The notes beneath the pieces are model-generated. The model had not been told where the DNA came from. It did not search any database and was given only the letters and a program-made list of their open reading frames with translations. Made by a program: the position numbers and the translations under genes. Below, one piece after another: positions 35,404 through 35,642 of a stretch of DNA of 35,642 bases (positions are counted from its first letter, which is position 1; each line of letters opens with the position of its first letter). The stretch comes from Clostridiales bacterium (GTDB taxonomy: Bacteria; Bacillota; Clostridia; Oscillospirales; Butyricicoccaceae). The DNA lies in the NCBI GenBank assembly GCA_026419635.1, contig JANZZB010000001.1:1-35642 (forward strand). The letters run 5' to 3'.

Positions 35404-35642
35404 ATGGGCAAGGTGATTGTTGTGGCATCCGGCAAAGGTGGAACCGGAAAAACCTCTTTTTGTGCCGGTGTTTCCTCTGTTCTTGCTGCTTGCGGGAATA
35501 ATGTCCTTGTAGTTGACGCTGATTACGGCAATCGGAATCTGGATATTGTTCTCGGAATGACAAATTGCCTGCTTTTTTCGTTTGCCGATGTTATTCTAGG
35601 CAGATGCGACGCTTCTTCCGCGGATGTGGAACACCCCGATAT
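35404..35642 (+). CDS. minD: MinD/ParA-family ATPase, N-terminal fragment (runs off the window); probably septum site-determining protein MinD
   Basis: ATG 35404 follows GGAGGA. MGKVIVVASGKGGTGKTSF carries the deviant Walker A KGGxGK(T/S), followed by VVDAD.G.RNLD.VLGM as in MinD. It is absent from the ORF track because it is truncated. Confidence 0.65.
   Translation, partial: MGKVIVVASGKGGTGKTSFCAGVSSVLAACGNNVLVVDADYGNRNLDIVLGMTNCLLFSFADVILGRCDASSADVEHPD

Noticed and set aside
31312-35642. Apparent absence of mreB before mreC and of minC before the MinD-like gene.
   Set aside because: Gene order varies among Firmicutes, these genes may lie elsewhere, and the window ends 80 codons into the MinD-like gene. 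Absence cannot be assessed from this window.
1-35642. Scan for CRISPR arrays, tandem or long dispersed repeats, IS ends, rRNA/tRNA/tmRNA/RNase P/SRP RNA signatures.
   Set aside because: Reading the intergenic regions by eye found none. The only repeated element is the duplicated terminator stem reported at 10410-10441 and 10633-10663.

Overview
This 35.6-kb window reads as core chromosome of a spore-forming, mid/low-GC Firmicute; the Clostridia-like assignment is inferred from spoVT, gene order and frequent TTG/GTG starts. Nearly all of it is tightly packed housekeeping genes. On the plus strand: spoVT, then the rimP-nusA-ylxR-L7Ae-infB-rbfA-DHH-truB-ribF superoperon, then an M20-like gene. 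On the minus strand, convergent with these: a PrsA-like foldase, mfd, pth, prs and a glmU-like gene. On the plus strand: a DnaD-domain / DnaI-like helicase-loader pair. On the minus strand: a polar amino-acid ABC transporter operon ending in a stand-alone MetH-activation-domain gene, and proB-proA followed by a CYTH / 66-aa / DUF3810 trio. On the plus strand: zapA, a U32 peptidase, dut, maf, mreC, mreD, PBP2 and the start of a MinD-like ATPase. I found no rRNA, tRNA, CRISPR array, transposase, integrase or recognisable defence or toxin genes, and no convincing novel multi-gene system. The best candidates for a second look are modest. (1) A 190-nt hairpin-dense module bracketed by two copies of the same terminator hairpin between convergent genes (10406-10665). 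(2) A glmU-like gene whose uridyltransferase signature is degenerate. (3) A membrane-anchored M20-like protein that appears to have lost most metal and catalytic residues. (4) A translationally coupled CYTH / small ORF / DUF3810 trio. (5) A terminator-like leader hairpin ahead of rimP-nusA. All motif comparisons were done by eye from memory of family signatures, and no database search was run.
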